Shown: positions 22,364-33,125 of the stretch, one piece after another
How the letters are laid out: each line of letters starts with the position of its first letter
How positions within the stretch are numbered: the first letter of the stretch is position 1
Origin: an uncultured Pelagibacteraceae bacterium
GTDB lineage: Bacteria; Pseudomonadota; Alphaproteobacteria; Pelagibacterales; Pelagibacteraceae
Length of the DNA stretch: 60,544 nucleotides
Assembly (NCBI GenBank): GCA_902636165.1
Contig: CACPQV010000001.1
Location: forward strand, 1 to 60,544
Direction: 5' to 3'
Program-made: the position numbers and the translations under genes
The notes under the pieces: model-generated
The model's input: only the letters and a program-made list of their open reading frames with translations
The model's database searches: none
What the model was told of the DNA's origin: nothing

Positions 22364-24945
22364 TATGATTTTCTCTTATTTGATTTTTTAGTTTTATCGT
22401 ATTCTTTTCTTTTCTCAATCAATATTAAAGCTTCTTCCATAGTTAATTCAGTAGGATCTTTTTCTTCAGGTATAGTTGCATTAAGTGATTTGTGCTTAAT
22501 ATAGGGTCCATATTGACCCTTCATAATTCTTACAGGCTTTTTATCCTCAGGATGTTCTCCCAAATCTTTAATTATTGATGAAGACATTCGGCCAGGTTTA
22601 GCTTCTGCTATTAACGTAATTGCTCTATTTAATCCTATGGAAAATATATCCTCAACGTTTTCTATTCTTGCAGATTTATTTTCACATTTTAAATAAGGAC
22701 CAAATCTTCCTGTGTTCAATGTAATTTCTTTTTGATTTTCTGGATTAATACCTAAAGATTTTGGTAATGAGCATAAAAATTGAGCTTTTTCCAAATCAAT
22801 ATTTTTTAATTCTAAGCCTTTAGGAATTGAAACATTTTTTAAAAGTTCGTTAACATCTGGTTTAAGTTTTTTAGTTTTTTTCTTTTTCTTGTTGTTTTTT
22901 TCAAGATCAATATCAGTAGGGATTTTCTCATACTGAAGATAGGGGCCAAATCTGCCATTTTTCAAATATATATCGTTACCATTTTCATGTTTTCCTATTA
23001 ACTTTGGCTCAGCTAATTGTGCTTGAGCTGCGGCTTTTGCTTTAGATAGTGGTCGTGTAAACTTACATTCAGGATAGTTTGAACATCCTATAAAAGCACC
23101 ACCTCTGAAGCTATTTTTTAAACTTAATGTCCCTGTACTACATAATTGGCACTTTCTAACAACATTTCCCTCATTATCTTTATCAAAAATTAATTCACCC
23201 AAACTATCATTTAGTAAATCCAAGACTTCTCTAGTCCTTTTCTCTTTTACCTCTGAAACATTATTATTAAAGTCTTTCCAAAAAAGCTCTAAAACTTTAA
23301 TCCAACTTTCTTTTCCTGTAGTGATTTCATCAAGTTGATCTTCTAGTCCTGCTGTAAAGTTATAATCTACATATTTTGAAAACAATTTTTCTAAAAAGGC
23401 AGAAATTAATTTACCCCTATCAGTTGGAAAAAATCTTTTATTTATTATTTCTGCATAACCTCTATTCGCAATAGTAGAAATGATACTTGCGTATGTAGAA
23501 GGTCTTCCAATACCCAATTCTTCGAGTTTTTTTACTAAACTAGCTTCTGAATATCTAGGAGGTGGTTGTGTATAATGCTGTTCGTCCAATAATGCTTCGA
23601 TATTGATCGGACCTTTGGTTACAGCTGGTAAAATACTTTCATCATCATCATTGCTTTGATTGTTATATATCTTTAAAAATCCATCAAACTTAAGGACTGA
23701 CCCGCTAGCTTTGCAAATAGTGTCGTTATTATCAGAAGTTATAGTAATTGTGTTTCTATCAAACTTAGCTGACTCCATTTGTGAAGATAATGCTCTACTC
23801 CAAATAAGATCATATAGTTTGTTTTGATCAGTGCTTAAGTACTTTTTAACACTTTGAGGTGTTCTGATAATATCTGTAGGCCTGATTGCTTCGTGAGCTT
23901 CTTGAGCATTTTTAGCTTTTTTACCAGAGTAATTTAAAGGATCTTTAGGCAAATATTCGTTACCAATTTTTTTTTGAATATAATCTCTGAAAGCTGATAC
24001 AGCATCATTAGATAAATTAGTTCCATCAGTTCTCATATAAGTAATCAAACCAATTGTCTCACCTTCTATTTCTATACCTTGATAAAGTTTTTGTGCAATT
24101 TGCATTGTTCTAGATGCACCAAAACTCAATTTACTTGATGCAGTTTGTTGAAGAGTAGATGTGGTGAATGGTCCAGATGGATTTCTGTTAACAATTTTAC
24201 TTGAAATGTCTGTAATATTAAATTTTTTTTTATTTATACTTGATATAGCTTTGTTTATTTCATCTTTACTTCTGAATGAAAATTTTTGAATTTTATTATT
24301 ATCTAATTGACTGATACTTGCTGTAATTTTTTGATTATTTTGATCAGAAAATTTTATATTTAAAGTCCAAAACTCCTCTGGTTTAAATGACTCAATTTCA
24401 TGTTCTCTTTCAGTAATTAATTTTAAAGCAACAGATTGAACTCTTCCTGCAGATTTTGAGCCAGGTAGTTTGGTCCAAAGTATTGGTGAAATATTAAAAC
24501 CAACTAAATAATCTAAGGCTCTTCTGGCCATATAAGCATCAACCAAATGAGGTTCAATTTGTCTTGGATTTTCAATACCTTGTATTACAGCTTTTTTAGT
24601 TATTTCGTTGAACACAACTCTTTCAATTTCTTTATCTTTAAGAAGTTTTTTTTCATTTAAATACTCTTTAACGTGCCAAGCAATAGCTTCACCTTCACGA
24701 TCAGGGTCAGTGGCTAATATAATCTTAGAAGAGTCTTTTGCCGCATCGGTAATTTCTTTTAAATATTTTTTTGAAAAACTATCAATTTCCCACTCCATTT
24801 TAAAATCTTGATCAGGATCTACCGAACCATTTTTTGAAGGTAAGTCTCTTATGTGACCATAACTTGCTAAAACTTTGTAATCATCGCCTAGGTATTTATT
24901 TATAGTTTTAGCTTTAGCAGGGCTTTCTACAATCACCAAATTCAT
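22363..24945 (-). CDS. topA: DNA topoisomerase I
   Basis: IVESPAKAKTI, DPDREGEAI, GRVQS, ITYMRTD, C-terminal GRFGPY repeats; start MNLVIVES at 24945. Confidence 0.98.
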   Translation of the reverse strand: MNLVIVESPAKAKTINKYLGDDYKVLASYGHIRDLPSKNGSVDPDQDFKMEWEIDSFSKKYLKEITDAAKDSSKIILATDPDREGEAIAWHVKEYLNEKKLLKDKEIERVVFNEITKKAVIQGIENPRQIEPHLVDAYMARRALDYLVGFNISPILWTKLPGSKSAGRVQSVALKLITEREHEIESFKPEEFWTLNIKFSDQNNQKITASISQLDNNKIQKFSFRSKDEINKAISSINKKKFNITDISSKIVNRNPSGPFTTSTLQQTASSKLSFGASRTMQIAQKLYQGIEIEGETIGLITYMRTDGTNLSNDAVSAFRDYIQKKIGNEYLPKDPLNYSGKKAKNAQEAHEAIRPTDIIRTPQSVKKYLSTDQNKLYDLIWSRALSSQMESAKFDRNTITITSDNNDTICKASGSVLKFDGFLKIYNNQSNDDDESILPAVTKGPINIEALLDEQHYTQPPPRYSEASLVKKLEELGIGRPSTYASIISTIANRGYAEIINKRFFPTDRGKLISAFLEKLFSKYVDYNFTAGLEDQLDEITTGKESWIKVLELFWKDFNNNVSEVKEKRTREVLDLLNDSLGELIFDKDNEGNVVRKCQLCSTGTLSLKNSFRGGAFIGCSNYPECKFTRPLSKAKAAAQAQLAEPKLIGKHENGNDIYLKNGRFGPYLQYEKIPTDIDLEKNNKKKKKTKKLKPDVNELLKNVSIPKGLELKNIDLEKAQFLCSLPKSLGINPENQKEITLNTGRFGPYLKCENKSARIENVEDIFSIGLNRAITLIAEAKPGRMSSSIIKDLGEHPEDKKPVRIMKGQYGPYIKHKSLNATIPEEKDPTELTMEEALILIEKRKEYDKTKKSNKRKS

Positions 24946-24981
24946 AAGATACAAACTACCCAAAAGACTTAGATAGTCAAT

Positions 24982-25560
24982 TTAATAAATTTTAGTCTTT
25001 GTTTCTTCTTTATTTTTCAATCTTTTAATATTTTCTCTATGGGTAAAAAATATTAGGATAAACATGATTGTAAAAAAAATCACCTGATCAAATTGAGTTA
25101 AAAATAATAAATATATTGGTATAGAGGCTGCTCCGATTAAAGATGAAAGAGAGGAAAACTTTGAAATAAAAAATGTTACAAACCAAGATATGATAAAAAT
25201 GATTCCAAAGTAAAAATTAATAGCAAATAAAATTCCAAGATATGTAGCAACGCCTTTACCACCCTTAAATTTTAGCCAAATTGGAAACACGTGACCTAAG
25301 AAAGCACATAAAGAAGCAATATATAAAAAATCTTGATAAAAAATTTTTACGTAAATTACTGGGATTATCGCTTTTAAAATGTCCAATATCAAAGTTGAAT
25401 AACCAAGAAATTTATTACCAGTTCTTAGAGCATTAGTTGCTCCAATGTTCCCTGAGCCTATTTCTCTTATATCCTTTTTTAAAAATATTTTTGTAAGTAT
25501 GTATCCAAATGGTATAGAACCCATAAGGTAAGAAATCACACCTATCAAAAAAATATCCAT
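24982..25560 (-). CDS. plsY: Glycerol-3-phosphate acyltransferase PlsY
   Basis: GSIPFG, GSGNIGATN, FKGGKGVAT, HRENIKRL. Confidence 0.97.
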   Translation of the reverse strand: MDIFLIGVISYLMGSIPFGYILTKIFLKKDIREIGSGNIGATNALRTGNKFLGYSTLILDILKAIIPVIYVKIFYQDFLYIASLCAFLGHVFPIWLKFKGGKGVATYLGILFAINFYFGIIFIISWFVTFFISKFSSLSSLIGAASIPIYLLFLTQFDQVIFFTIMFILIFFTHRENIKRLKNKEETKTKIY

Positions 25561-25561
25561 T

Positions 25562-26848
25562 CTATAGCTTAAATAATTCTTTTCCTTTTACAAAGGTATT
25601 TGTAACTTTTCCTTGAAGTTTTTTATTCTCTATTGAGGTATTTTTTGATTTCGAGATTAATTTATCTTTTTTTACAATCCATGGTTTATCAATATCAACT
25701 ATACACAGGTCAGCATCATTCCCTATAGAAAGATTACCTTTATCAATTTTAAGTATTTTTGCTGGATTACATGTTAGTGCTCTTACAACAGTCTCAAGTT
25801 TAAGAGACTCATTGTGATATAATTCTAAACTTAAAGATAATAATGTTTCAATACCTGAGGCACCTGTAGCAGCTTGAGCAAATGTTAATCTTTTTGATTC
25901 TTCATCTTCAGGTTTGTGATCTGATACAATTACATCAATTAAACCGTCTTTTAATCCTTGAACTAAAGCCAGCCTATCTTCTTCTCTTCTTAATGGGGGA
26001 GATAATTTTAAAAAAGTTCTAAAATCTCCAATGTCGTTTTCATTTAATGATAGGTTGTTAATTGAAACCCCCGAGGTAAATTTAACAATTTCTTTTCTGT
26101 ATTTTATAACTTCAACTGATTTTTGTGATGATAATTGAGATATGTGATATCGACATTTTGCTTTTTCTAGTAGTGTTAAGTCTCTTTCAATTAAAATTCT
26201 TTCTGCTATTTCTGGTATGCCTGATAATCCTAATTTAGAAGCGATTATTCCTGAATTAATCATACCATTCTTCGCAAGTTCGTAGTCCTCAGCATGTTGC
26301 ATTATCAAACAACCTAAATCTTTGGCTGAATTCATTATTCTCGACATTAATCTAGGATTTTGAATTGTTTTTATTCCATCGGTGAAAGCAATTATCCCTT
26401 TACTTTGTAGAAGACCAAATTCGGTCATATTAGTACCTTCAGTATTTTTTGTTAATGAGGCACATGGAAAAATATTTATTTTTGATTTATCTCTTCCTCT
26501 TCTTTTTAGAAAATCGACTATGGAAACATTATCAATTACTGGATCTGTATTAGGCATTGTTACGACCGAAGTGACACCACCTGAGAGTGCCGCGTTACTC
26601 AGTGTCCTAAAATTTTCTTTATACTCATAGCCCGGTTCACCAACAAAAACTCGCATATCGACTAATCCAGGAAAAATATGCTTACCTTTTAAATCAATCG
26701 GTTTCTCTCTACTTGGTAAATTATTAATATTCACTTTTTTTCCTATTGCTTCAATTTTTCCATCTTCGCTTATAATCAAACCCCCATTCTCATTCATGGA
26801 GTTATAAGGATCAATTATATTTGCGTTTATAAAATATTGTTTTTTCAT
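25562..26848 (-). CDS. pyrC: Dihydroorotase-like protein (PyrC/PyrC'-type)
   Basis: PGLVD..., MPNT, HAED, PPLR, SDHKP; coupled to pyrB; lacks the HxH motif. Confidence 0.8.
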   Translation of the reverse strand: MKKQYFINANIIDPYNSMNENGGLIISEDGKIEAIGKKVNINNLPSREKPIDLKGKHIFPGLVDMRVFVGEPGYEYKENFRTLSNAALSGGVTSVVTMPNTDPVIDNVSIVDFLKRRGRDKSKINIFPCASLTKNTEGTNMTEFGLLQSKGIIAFTDGIKTIQNPRLMSRIMNSAKDLGCLIMQHAEDYELAKNGMINSGIIASKLGLSGIPEIAERILIERDLTLLEKAKCRYHISQLSSQKSVEVIKYRKEIVKFTSGVSINNLSLNENDIGDFRTFLKLSPPLRREEDRLALVQGLKDGLIDVIVSDHKPEDEESKRLTFAQAATGASGIETLLSLSLELYHNESLKLETVVRALTCNPAKILKIDKGNLSIGNDADLCIVDIDKPWIVKKDKLISKSKNTSIENKKLQGKVTNTFVKGKELFKL

Positions 26849-27789
26849 TATGTACAAAATATTTTAAGACAAGCCATCCTCACCGCGACACCTAATTCAA
26901 CTTGCTCTTTAATTACACTTTTGTTGATATCATCTGCAAGCATTGTATCTATTTCTATACCTCTGTTCATTGGACCAGGGTGCATAATTAAAGCGTCAGA
27001 TTTGGCATGTTCTAATTTATCAGGAGTTAATCCATAATATTCATAATATTCTCTATTGGATGAAAGATATGAACTCGTCATTCGTTCGTTTTGTAATCTT
27101 AACATCATAACAATATCGCAATCTTTCAATCCTTTTTTCATATCTGTGAAAGTATTAACACCAAATTTTTCAATTTCTTTTGGCATAAGGTTTGTTGGAG
27201 CAATTATGTTCACTTCTGCTCCTAACATACTAAGTAAATAAATATTTGATCTTGCAACTCTTGAATGAAGTATATCTCCACAGATTGCAATTTTTAATCC
27301 TTGTATTTTTTTTTTACGAGTTATTATTGTCAACGCATCTAAGAGTGCTTGGGTAGGGTGTTCTCTTCTTCCATCACCAGCATTTAAAACAGCACAATTA
27401 ACTTTTTGCGATAACAAATTGCAAGCACCAGAATCTTGATGTCTAATTACAATAATATCAGGATGCATTGCATTAAGTGTCATCGCTGTATCTATCAATG
27501 TTTCACCTTTTTTAATTGCAGAATTGTTAATATTCATTGACATAACATCAGCTCCAAGTCTTTTACCCGCTAATTCAAAAGAGCTCTGAGTTCTGGTGGA
27601 AGGTTCAAAAAATAAATTAATTTGAGTTTTGCCTCTTAAAACATCAACTTTTTTATTATTACTTTGATTTACTTTTATAAATGAATTTGCCTCATCAAGT
27701 ATTAAGTTAACATCATTAATTGATAAATCTTGAATTCCTAATAAATGTTTTTGAGATATTTTAATAGCTTGATTTATTTTAATTGCCAT
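26848..27789 (-). CDS. pyrB: Aspartate carbamoyltransferase catalytic subunit
   Basis: [31 protein letters not shown]; start ATG 27789. Confidence 0.98.
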   Translation of the reverse strand: MAIKINQAIKISQKHLLGIQDLSINDVNLILDEANSFIKVNQSNNKKVDVLRGKTQINLFFEPSTRTQSSFELAGKRLGADVMSMNINNSAIKKGETLIDTAMTLNAMHPDIIVIRHQDSGACNLLSQKVNCAVLNAGDGRREHPTQALLDALTIITRKKKIQGLKIAICGDILHSRVARSNIYLLSMLGAEVNIIAPTNLMPKEIEKFGVNTFTDMKKGLKDCDIVMMLRLQNERMTSSYLSSNREYYEYYGLTPDKLEHAKSDALIMHPGPMNRGIEIDTMLADDINKSVIKEQVELGVAVRMACLKIFCT

Positions 27790-27831
27790 TAAAACCAACT
27801 CTATAACTATAAACCTCTATAATAGCAAGTA

Positions 27832-28287
27832 TTAATTATTCAAAAAATCTAAAGCTCCCTGTAATATGAAAGCAGCAGCGTTTTCATCTATCTTTTTTTC
27901 TCTTTTACTCACATTAATATCTAATTGGCTAGAAAGATTAAAAGCACCTACAGTTGAGAGTCTCTCATCCCAGAGACAAATTGGAATATCAAAGTTTTTT
28001 TCAATATTTTCAATCGTATCTTTTACTGATTGAGCTGATCTACCTGACGATCCATCCATATTTAAAGGATTTCCAACAATGATTCCTTTTATATTATTTT
28101 CATTAATAATTAATCTTAGTTCATCAACAAGATCTTTAAGTGAATTCCTATTTATTGTCTTTAGCGGTGTGGCTATCAATTGTTTGTCATCACAGATTGA
28201 TACACCAATTCTTTTAGATCCAAGGTCTAAACCTATCAATCTACACTTATCTGAGTGTTTTTTTTTAAATTCCTCTAAAGTGATCAT
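27832..28287 (-). CDS. ruvX: YqgF/RuvX pre-16S rRNA nuclease
   Basis: GLDLGSKRIGVS, WDERLST, IDENAA..ILQ. Confidence 0.93.
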   Translation of the reverse strand: MITLEEFKKKHSDKCRLIGLDLGSKRIGVSICDDKQLIATPLKTINRNSLKDLVDELRLIINENNIKGIIVGNPLNMDGSSGRSAQSVKDTIENIEKNFDIPICLWDERLSTVGAFNLSSQLDINVSKREKKIDENAAAFILQGALDFLNN

Positions 28288-28337
28288 ATTGTATATTTTA
28301 AACTTAAGTGATACTTTGCTTCATATTTAAATAGCAT

Positions 28338-28625
28338 ATGAGTTTAGATCTTAAAACAATAAAACATATATCTAAATTGGCAAGAATTTCAGTTGACGAG
28401 AAAAGAGCTGAAAAATTAGCTGGTGATTTAAATTCTATTTTTGAATTTATTGAAAAACTTAATGAATTAAAAACTGACAATGTAGAACCATTAACTTCTA
28501 TTGCAAAAACAACCTTAAAATTAAGATCTGATGAAGTAAAAAGTAGAAATATCAGAGACCAAATTATTAAAAATTCTCCTCAGGATAATGAGGATTATTT
28601 TGTAGTACCCAAGGTGATTGAATAA
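28338..28625 (+). CDS. gatC: Asp/Glu-tRNA amidotransferase subunit C
   Basis: LARI, VEPL, FVVPKVIE; precedes gatA. Confidence 0.95.
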   Translation: MSLDLKTIKHISKLARISVDEKRAEKLAGDLNSIFEFIEKLNELKTDNVEPLTSIAKTTLKLRSDEVKSRNIRDQIIKNSPQDNEDYFVVPKVIE

Positions 28626-30082
28626 TGTCAGATATTACAAAACAACCACTTACTGAGCTAGTTGAAAATATTAAAAATAAAAAGCTTTCTTCAACAGAAG
28701 TGACCAAAGCATTTATTGATAGATCTGAAAAATCTGAGAAATTGAATGCTTATATCACAAATGACTTTACATCGGCTTTAGATAAATCAAAAAAATTCGA
28801 TCAAAAACCTAATTTTAATTTAAAACTGCCTGGTATTCCAATGGCAGTTAAGGATTTATTTTGTACAAAAAATATTAAAACAACTGCTGGTAGTAAAATT
28901 TTAAATAATTTTGTACCAACTTATGAGTCAACAGTAACTGAAAATATTTGGAATGAAGGTGCAATACTTCTTGGTAAGCTAAACTGTGATGAGTTTGCAA
29001 TGGGTTCATCAAATGAAACAAGTTTTTTTGGTAATGTTCAAAGTCCTATTGATAAAAATTTAGTTCCGGGTGGATCATCTGGTGGTTCAGCTTCAGCAGT
29101 GGCAGGACAATTAACTCCTGTTACAATTGGTACTGATACTGGTGGATCAATTAGACAACCAGCTTCTTTCACTGGAATTGTTGGATTGAAACCTACATAC
29201 GGAAGTTGCTCAAGATATGGAATAGTTGCTTTTGCTTCATCATTGGATCAAGCAGGACCAATGGCACAAAATGTCAAGGATTGTGCTTTATTACACGAGG
29301 TAATTAGCTCCTATGATCCTAAAGACTCTACTTCAATAGATTTCAAAAGAGGTAATTACAGTAAAGAACTTACAAATAACATAAAAGGAAAAAAAATTGG
29401 AATACCTAAAGAATATAGAGTCGATGGTATGCCAAAAGAAATTGAAGATCTTTGGCAAAAAGGTATTCAATATATTAAAGATTGTGGTGCTGAAACAATT
29501 GATATTTCTCTGCCAAATACAAGTTATGCCTTACCAACATATTATATAGTTGCTCCAGCAGAGGCATCATCAAACTTAGCAAGATATGATGGTGTTAAGT
29601 ATGGATTTAGAGCTGAAGGTGAAAATTTAATTGATATGTACGAAAAAACTAGATCAGAAGGTTTTGGAGCTGAAGTTCAAAGAAGAATTATGATTGGAAC
29701 TTATGTTTTATCTTCTGGGTATTACGATGCATATTATCTTAAAGCTCAAAAAGTAAGAAAACTTATCAAAAATGATTTTGATGAAGCTTATAAAAAAGTC
29801 GATGCAATTTTAACTCCATCAACACCTAGCTCAGCATTTAAAATGGGTGAAAAAACAAACGATCCAGTTTCAATGTATCTTAATGATATATTTACAGTTC
29901 CTGTAAACTTAGCTGGACTTCCAGGTATCTCAATACCTGCCGGGCATGATTCAAAAGGTTATCCTTTAGGTTTGCAAATTATTGGAAAAGCTTTTGATGA
30001 ACAAAATATATTGAATATAGCTTATGCTATGGAAGAAAAGATTAATTTTAAGAATAAAATTACTGATTGGTGGATAAAATGA
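28625..30082 (+). CDS. gatA: Asp/Glu-tRNA amidotransferase subunit A
   Basis: amidase signature [28 protein letters not shown]. Confidence 0.98.
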   Translation: MSDITKQPLTELVENIKNKKLSSTEVTKAFIDRSEKSEKLNAYITNDFTSALDKSKKFDQKPNFNLKLPGIPMAVKDLFCTKNIKTTAGSKILNNFVPTYESTVTENIWNEGAILLGKLNCDEFAMGSSNETSFFGNVQSPIDKNLVPGGSSGGSASAVAGQLTPVTIGTDTGGSIRQPASFTGIVGLKPTYGSCSRYGIVAFASSLDQAGPMAQNVKDCALLHEVISSYDPKDSTSIDFKRGNYSKELTNNIKGKKIGIPKEYRVDGMPKEIEDLWQKGIQYIKDCGAETIDISLPNTSYALPTYYIVAPAEASSNLARYDGVKYGFRAEGENLIDMYEKTRSEGFGAEVQRRIMIGTYVLSSGYYDAYYLKAQKVRKLIKNDFDEAYKKVDAILTPSTPSSAFKMGEKTNDPVSMYLNDIFTVPVNLAGLPGISIPAGHDSKGYPLGLQIIGKAFDEQNILNIAYAMEEKINFKNKITDWWIK

Positions 30083-31554
30083 GTAAAAAAAATTCAGAGT
30101 ACTTAATTAATCGAAAAGATAATCAGTATGAGGTTGTAATTGGTTTAGAAGTTCATGCTCAAGTTTTATCTGAGTCAAAATTATTTTCTACTTCAGCAAC
30201 TAAATTTGGAGCAGAACCTAATACGCAGGTTAGTTTAGTTGATGCTGCATTTCCAGGAATGTTACCAGTAATAAATGAATTTTGTGTCAAACAAGCAATT
30301 AAAACCGGTATTGGCCTCAACGCAAAAATTAACAAACGTTCGGTATTTGATAGAAAAAATTATTTTTATGCTGATTTGCCTCAAGGATATCAAATTTCAC
30401 AATTTAAAGATCCAATAGTAGGTGAGGGCAAAGTTATTTTGGATATGCCTAATGGTCAAAAAGAAGTTGGTATAGAGAGATTACATCTAGAACAAGACGC
30501 TGGAAAAAGTATTCATGATCTTGACCCACAAAATACCTTTGTAGATTTAAACAGATCAGGGGTAGCTTTAATGGAAATAGTGAGCAAACCTGATCTAAGA
30601 TCACCAGATGAGGTTAATGCTTACATTAAAAAACTACGATCTATAATGAGGTATCTAGGGACTTGTGATGGTAATATGCAAGAAGGTTCCTTAAGAGCCG
30701 ATGTAAATGTTTCTGTCAGACAAAAAGGCTCAAAAGAATTCGGTACTCGATGTGAAATTAAAAATGTTAATTCAATAAAGTTTATGCAGATGGCAATAGA
30801 ATATGAAGCTAATAGGCAAGTTGATTTAATAGAAGAGGGCAAAACTATTGATCAAGAAACTAGACTTTTTGATACGAAAAAAAATGAGACAAGATCAATG
30901 AGATCAAAAGAAGACGCTCATGATTATAGATATTTTCCTGACCCTGATTTGTTACCTTTAGAGATTTCGGAAAAATTTATTGAAGAACTTAAAAATGATA
31001 TTCCAGAACTTCCAGATGATAAAAAGAAAAGATTTATTGAAGAGTTTAAATTGTCTTCTTATGAAGCCAATATTTTAGTGTCTGATATTGATACTGCAAA
31101 ATACTTTGAAGAGGTTGTAGCTAAAATGGGTAAAAACAAAGATATTAAGTTAGCAGTCAATTGGATTACAGGAGAATTATTTGCTGTTTTAAATAGCAAA
31201 AGTTTAGAAATTTCTCAAAGTCCAGTAAGTGCTAAGAATTTCGCTATTTTGATAAATCTTATTAAGAATGGAACTATCTCTGGAAAGATAGCAAAAACTG
31301 TTTTTGAATTGATGATAGATGGTGATAAAGATCCTCAAAAGATTGTGGAGGAAAAAGGATTAAAACAACAAAGTGATCCAAAAGCTTTAGAGGCATTAAT
31401 TGACAAAATAATTAATGACAATAGAGAAAAAGCCATTGAATATAAACAAGGTAAAGAAAAATTATTTGGTTTTTTTGTTGGTCAAGCAATGAAGGTATCA
31501 GGTGGAAAAGCTAACCCTCAATTAATAAATGAGATCCTAAAGAAAAAATTATAA
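30079..31554 (+). CDS. gatB: Asp/Glu-tRNA amidotransferase subunit B
   Basis: [28 protein letters not shown]; ATG 30079. Confidence 0.98.
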   Translation: MSKKNSEYLINRKDNQYEVVIGLEVHAQVLSESKLFSTSATKFGAEPNTQVSLVDAAFPGMLPVINEFCVKQAIKTGIGLNAKINKRSVFDRKNYFYADLPQGYQISQFKDPIVGEGKVILDMPNGQKEVGIERLHLEQDAGKSIHDLDPQNTFVDLNRSGVALMEIVSKPDLRSPDEVNAYIKKLRSIMRYLGTCDGNMQEGSLRADVNVSVRQKGSKEFGTRCEIKNVNSIKFMQMAIEYEANRQVDLIEEGKTIDQETRLFDTKKNETRSMRSKEDAHDYRYFPDPDLLPLEISEKFIEELKNDIPELPDDKKKRFIEEFKLSSYEANILVSDIDTAKYFEEVVAKMGKNKDIKLAVNWITGELFAVLNSKSLEISQSPVSAKNFAILINLIKNGTISGKIAKTVFELMIDGDKDPQKIVEEKGLKQQSDPKALEALIDKIINDNREKAIEYKQGKEKLFGFFVGQAMKVSGGKANPQLINEILKKKL

Positions 31555-31558
31555 GGTT

Positions 31559-32209
31559 ATGGGTTCAGACCTTAATATCACAAAACATTTACAAGATTAT
31601 ATTCTAAAGAATGGTTTAAAATTACATCCAATTCAAAAAGAAATAATAGATTACAACCTGTCACTTGGTGATTCAAAAAGAATGCAAATATCAATTTCTC
31701 AATGTCAATTTCTACATCTGATTATTAAAGTTTCTAAAATTAAAAAAGTCCTAGAGATAGGAACTTTTACAGGTTTAAGTACATTATCCATGGCATTAGC
31801 CTTACCAGATGAAGGCAGTATAATTGCATTAGATAAAAATATGGAAACAACCAAAGTCGCACAAAGCTTTTTTAAAAAGGCCAATCAAGATCATAAGATT
31901 AAAACAATGATTAAACCAGCATTAGAAACTTTAATGAGTATAAGAAATGAAAAATTTGACTTAGTTTTTATTGATGCAGATAAAATGAATTATAAAAAAT
32001 ATTATGAAATTTCTTTAGATTTATTGAATAAAGAGGGTTTAGTGATAATCGATAATGTATTATGGCATGGGGAAGTTGTTAACAAAGATATAAATGACAA
32101 AATTACAAAAAGTATTAGAGATTTGAATGATTTTATCTCTAAGGATACAAGAATTGAAAAGGTCATGGTGCCTTTTGGTGATGGAATGACTGTTTGTAGG
32201 AAGATTTAA
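31559..32209 (+). CDS. Class I O-methyltransferase (caffeoyl-CoA OMT/TrmR-like)
   Basis: LEIGTFTGLS, FIDADK, DNVLWHG, GDG. Confidence 0.9.
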   Translation: MGSDLNITKHLQDYILKNGLKLHPIQKEIIDYNLSLGDSKRMQISISQCQFLHLIIKVSKIKKVLEIGTFTGLSTLSMALALPDEGSIIALDKNMETTKVAQSFFKKANQDHKIKTMIKPALETLMSIRNEKFDLVFIDADKMNYKKYYEISLDLLNKEGLVIIDNVLWHGEVVNKDINDKITKSIRDLNDFISKDTRIEKVMVPFGDGMTVCRKI

Positions 32210-33117
32210 TGTTAAGTGTATTTGGTTTTTATAAATTTCAAAAAATAAATGATTTAAAAAAGAATCAAAATTTATTAAAAAATCTCTTAGTTGACAAAGG
32301 TATAAATGGATCAATTATCATATCCAAAGAGGGTTTAAATGGATCTATTTCTGGAATGAATAAAGATATTAAAACCACAATTATTAGATTAAAAAAAATT
32401 TTGAATATTAAAGAATTTGATAGTGTCAATAATTCAATAAGTAAATTTAAACCTTTCCATAAACTTAAAGTGAAAATTAAAAGAGAAGTTGTTCCAATGG
32501 ATCTTAAAATGTCGAATAGGATCATAAAAAAGAATACTCATATTGATCCAACAAAATGGAATAAATTAATTAAAAAAAAAGAAACTTTTTTATTAGATGC
32601 AAGAAAACCTTTTGAACATAAAGTTGGTTCTTTTAAAAAATCAGTAAATCCAAATATAAGTAACTTTAGAGATTTCCCAAAATTCTTAAAAAAGTTAAAA
32701 AAAGATCAGCCAATAGCAATGTTTTGCACTGGTGGAATTAGATGTGAAAAAGCCTCTGTATATCTAGAAAAAAAAGGTTTTAAAAATATTTATCAATTAA
32801 AGGGCGGAATTCTAAATTACTTAAAGAAAATCAAAAAAAAAAACAGTTTATGGAAAGGCGAATGTTTTGTATTTGACAACAGAGTAAGTTTAAAACATGG
32901 ACTTACACATGGAACTTATTCAATTTGTGGTGGATGTAGAGAACCAATCTCTGTTAAAGATAAAAAATCTAAAAAATATGAGGAGGGTGTAACTTGTCCT
33001 AATTGTTTTGATAAACTCTCAAAAAACCAAAAATCTCGTTTTAGAATGAGACAAAGTCAGATATACAAGGCAAAGCTATCAGGAAAAAAATATAATTTTC
33101 AAAAAGAATTTAACTAA
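32209..33117 (+). CDS. trhO: Rhodanese-domain tRNA U34 hydroxylase (TrhO/YceA family)
   Basis: FYKF, EGLNG, MFCTGGIRCEKA, LKGGILNY, CFVFDNR. Confidence 0.88.
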   Translation: MLSVFGFYKFQKINDLKKNQNLLKNLLVDKGINGSIIISKEGLNGSISGMNKDIKTTIIRLKKILNIKEFDSVNNSISKFKPFHKLKVKIKREVVPMDLKMSNRIIKKNTHIDPTKWNKLIKKKETFLLDARKPFEHKVGSFKKSVNPNISNFRDFPKFLKKLKKDQPIAMFCTGGIRCEKASVYLEKKGFKNIYQLKGGILNYLKKIKKKNSLWKGECFVFDNRVSLKHGLTHGTYSICGGCREPISVKDKKSKKYEEGVTCPNCFDKLSKNQKSRFRMRQSQIYKAKLSGKKYNFQKEFN

Positions 33118-33125
33118 GGATTTAT

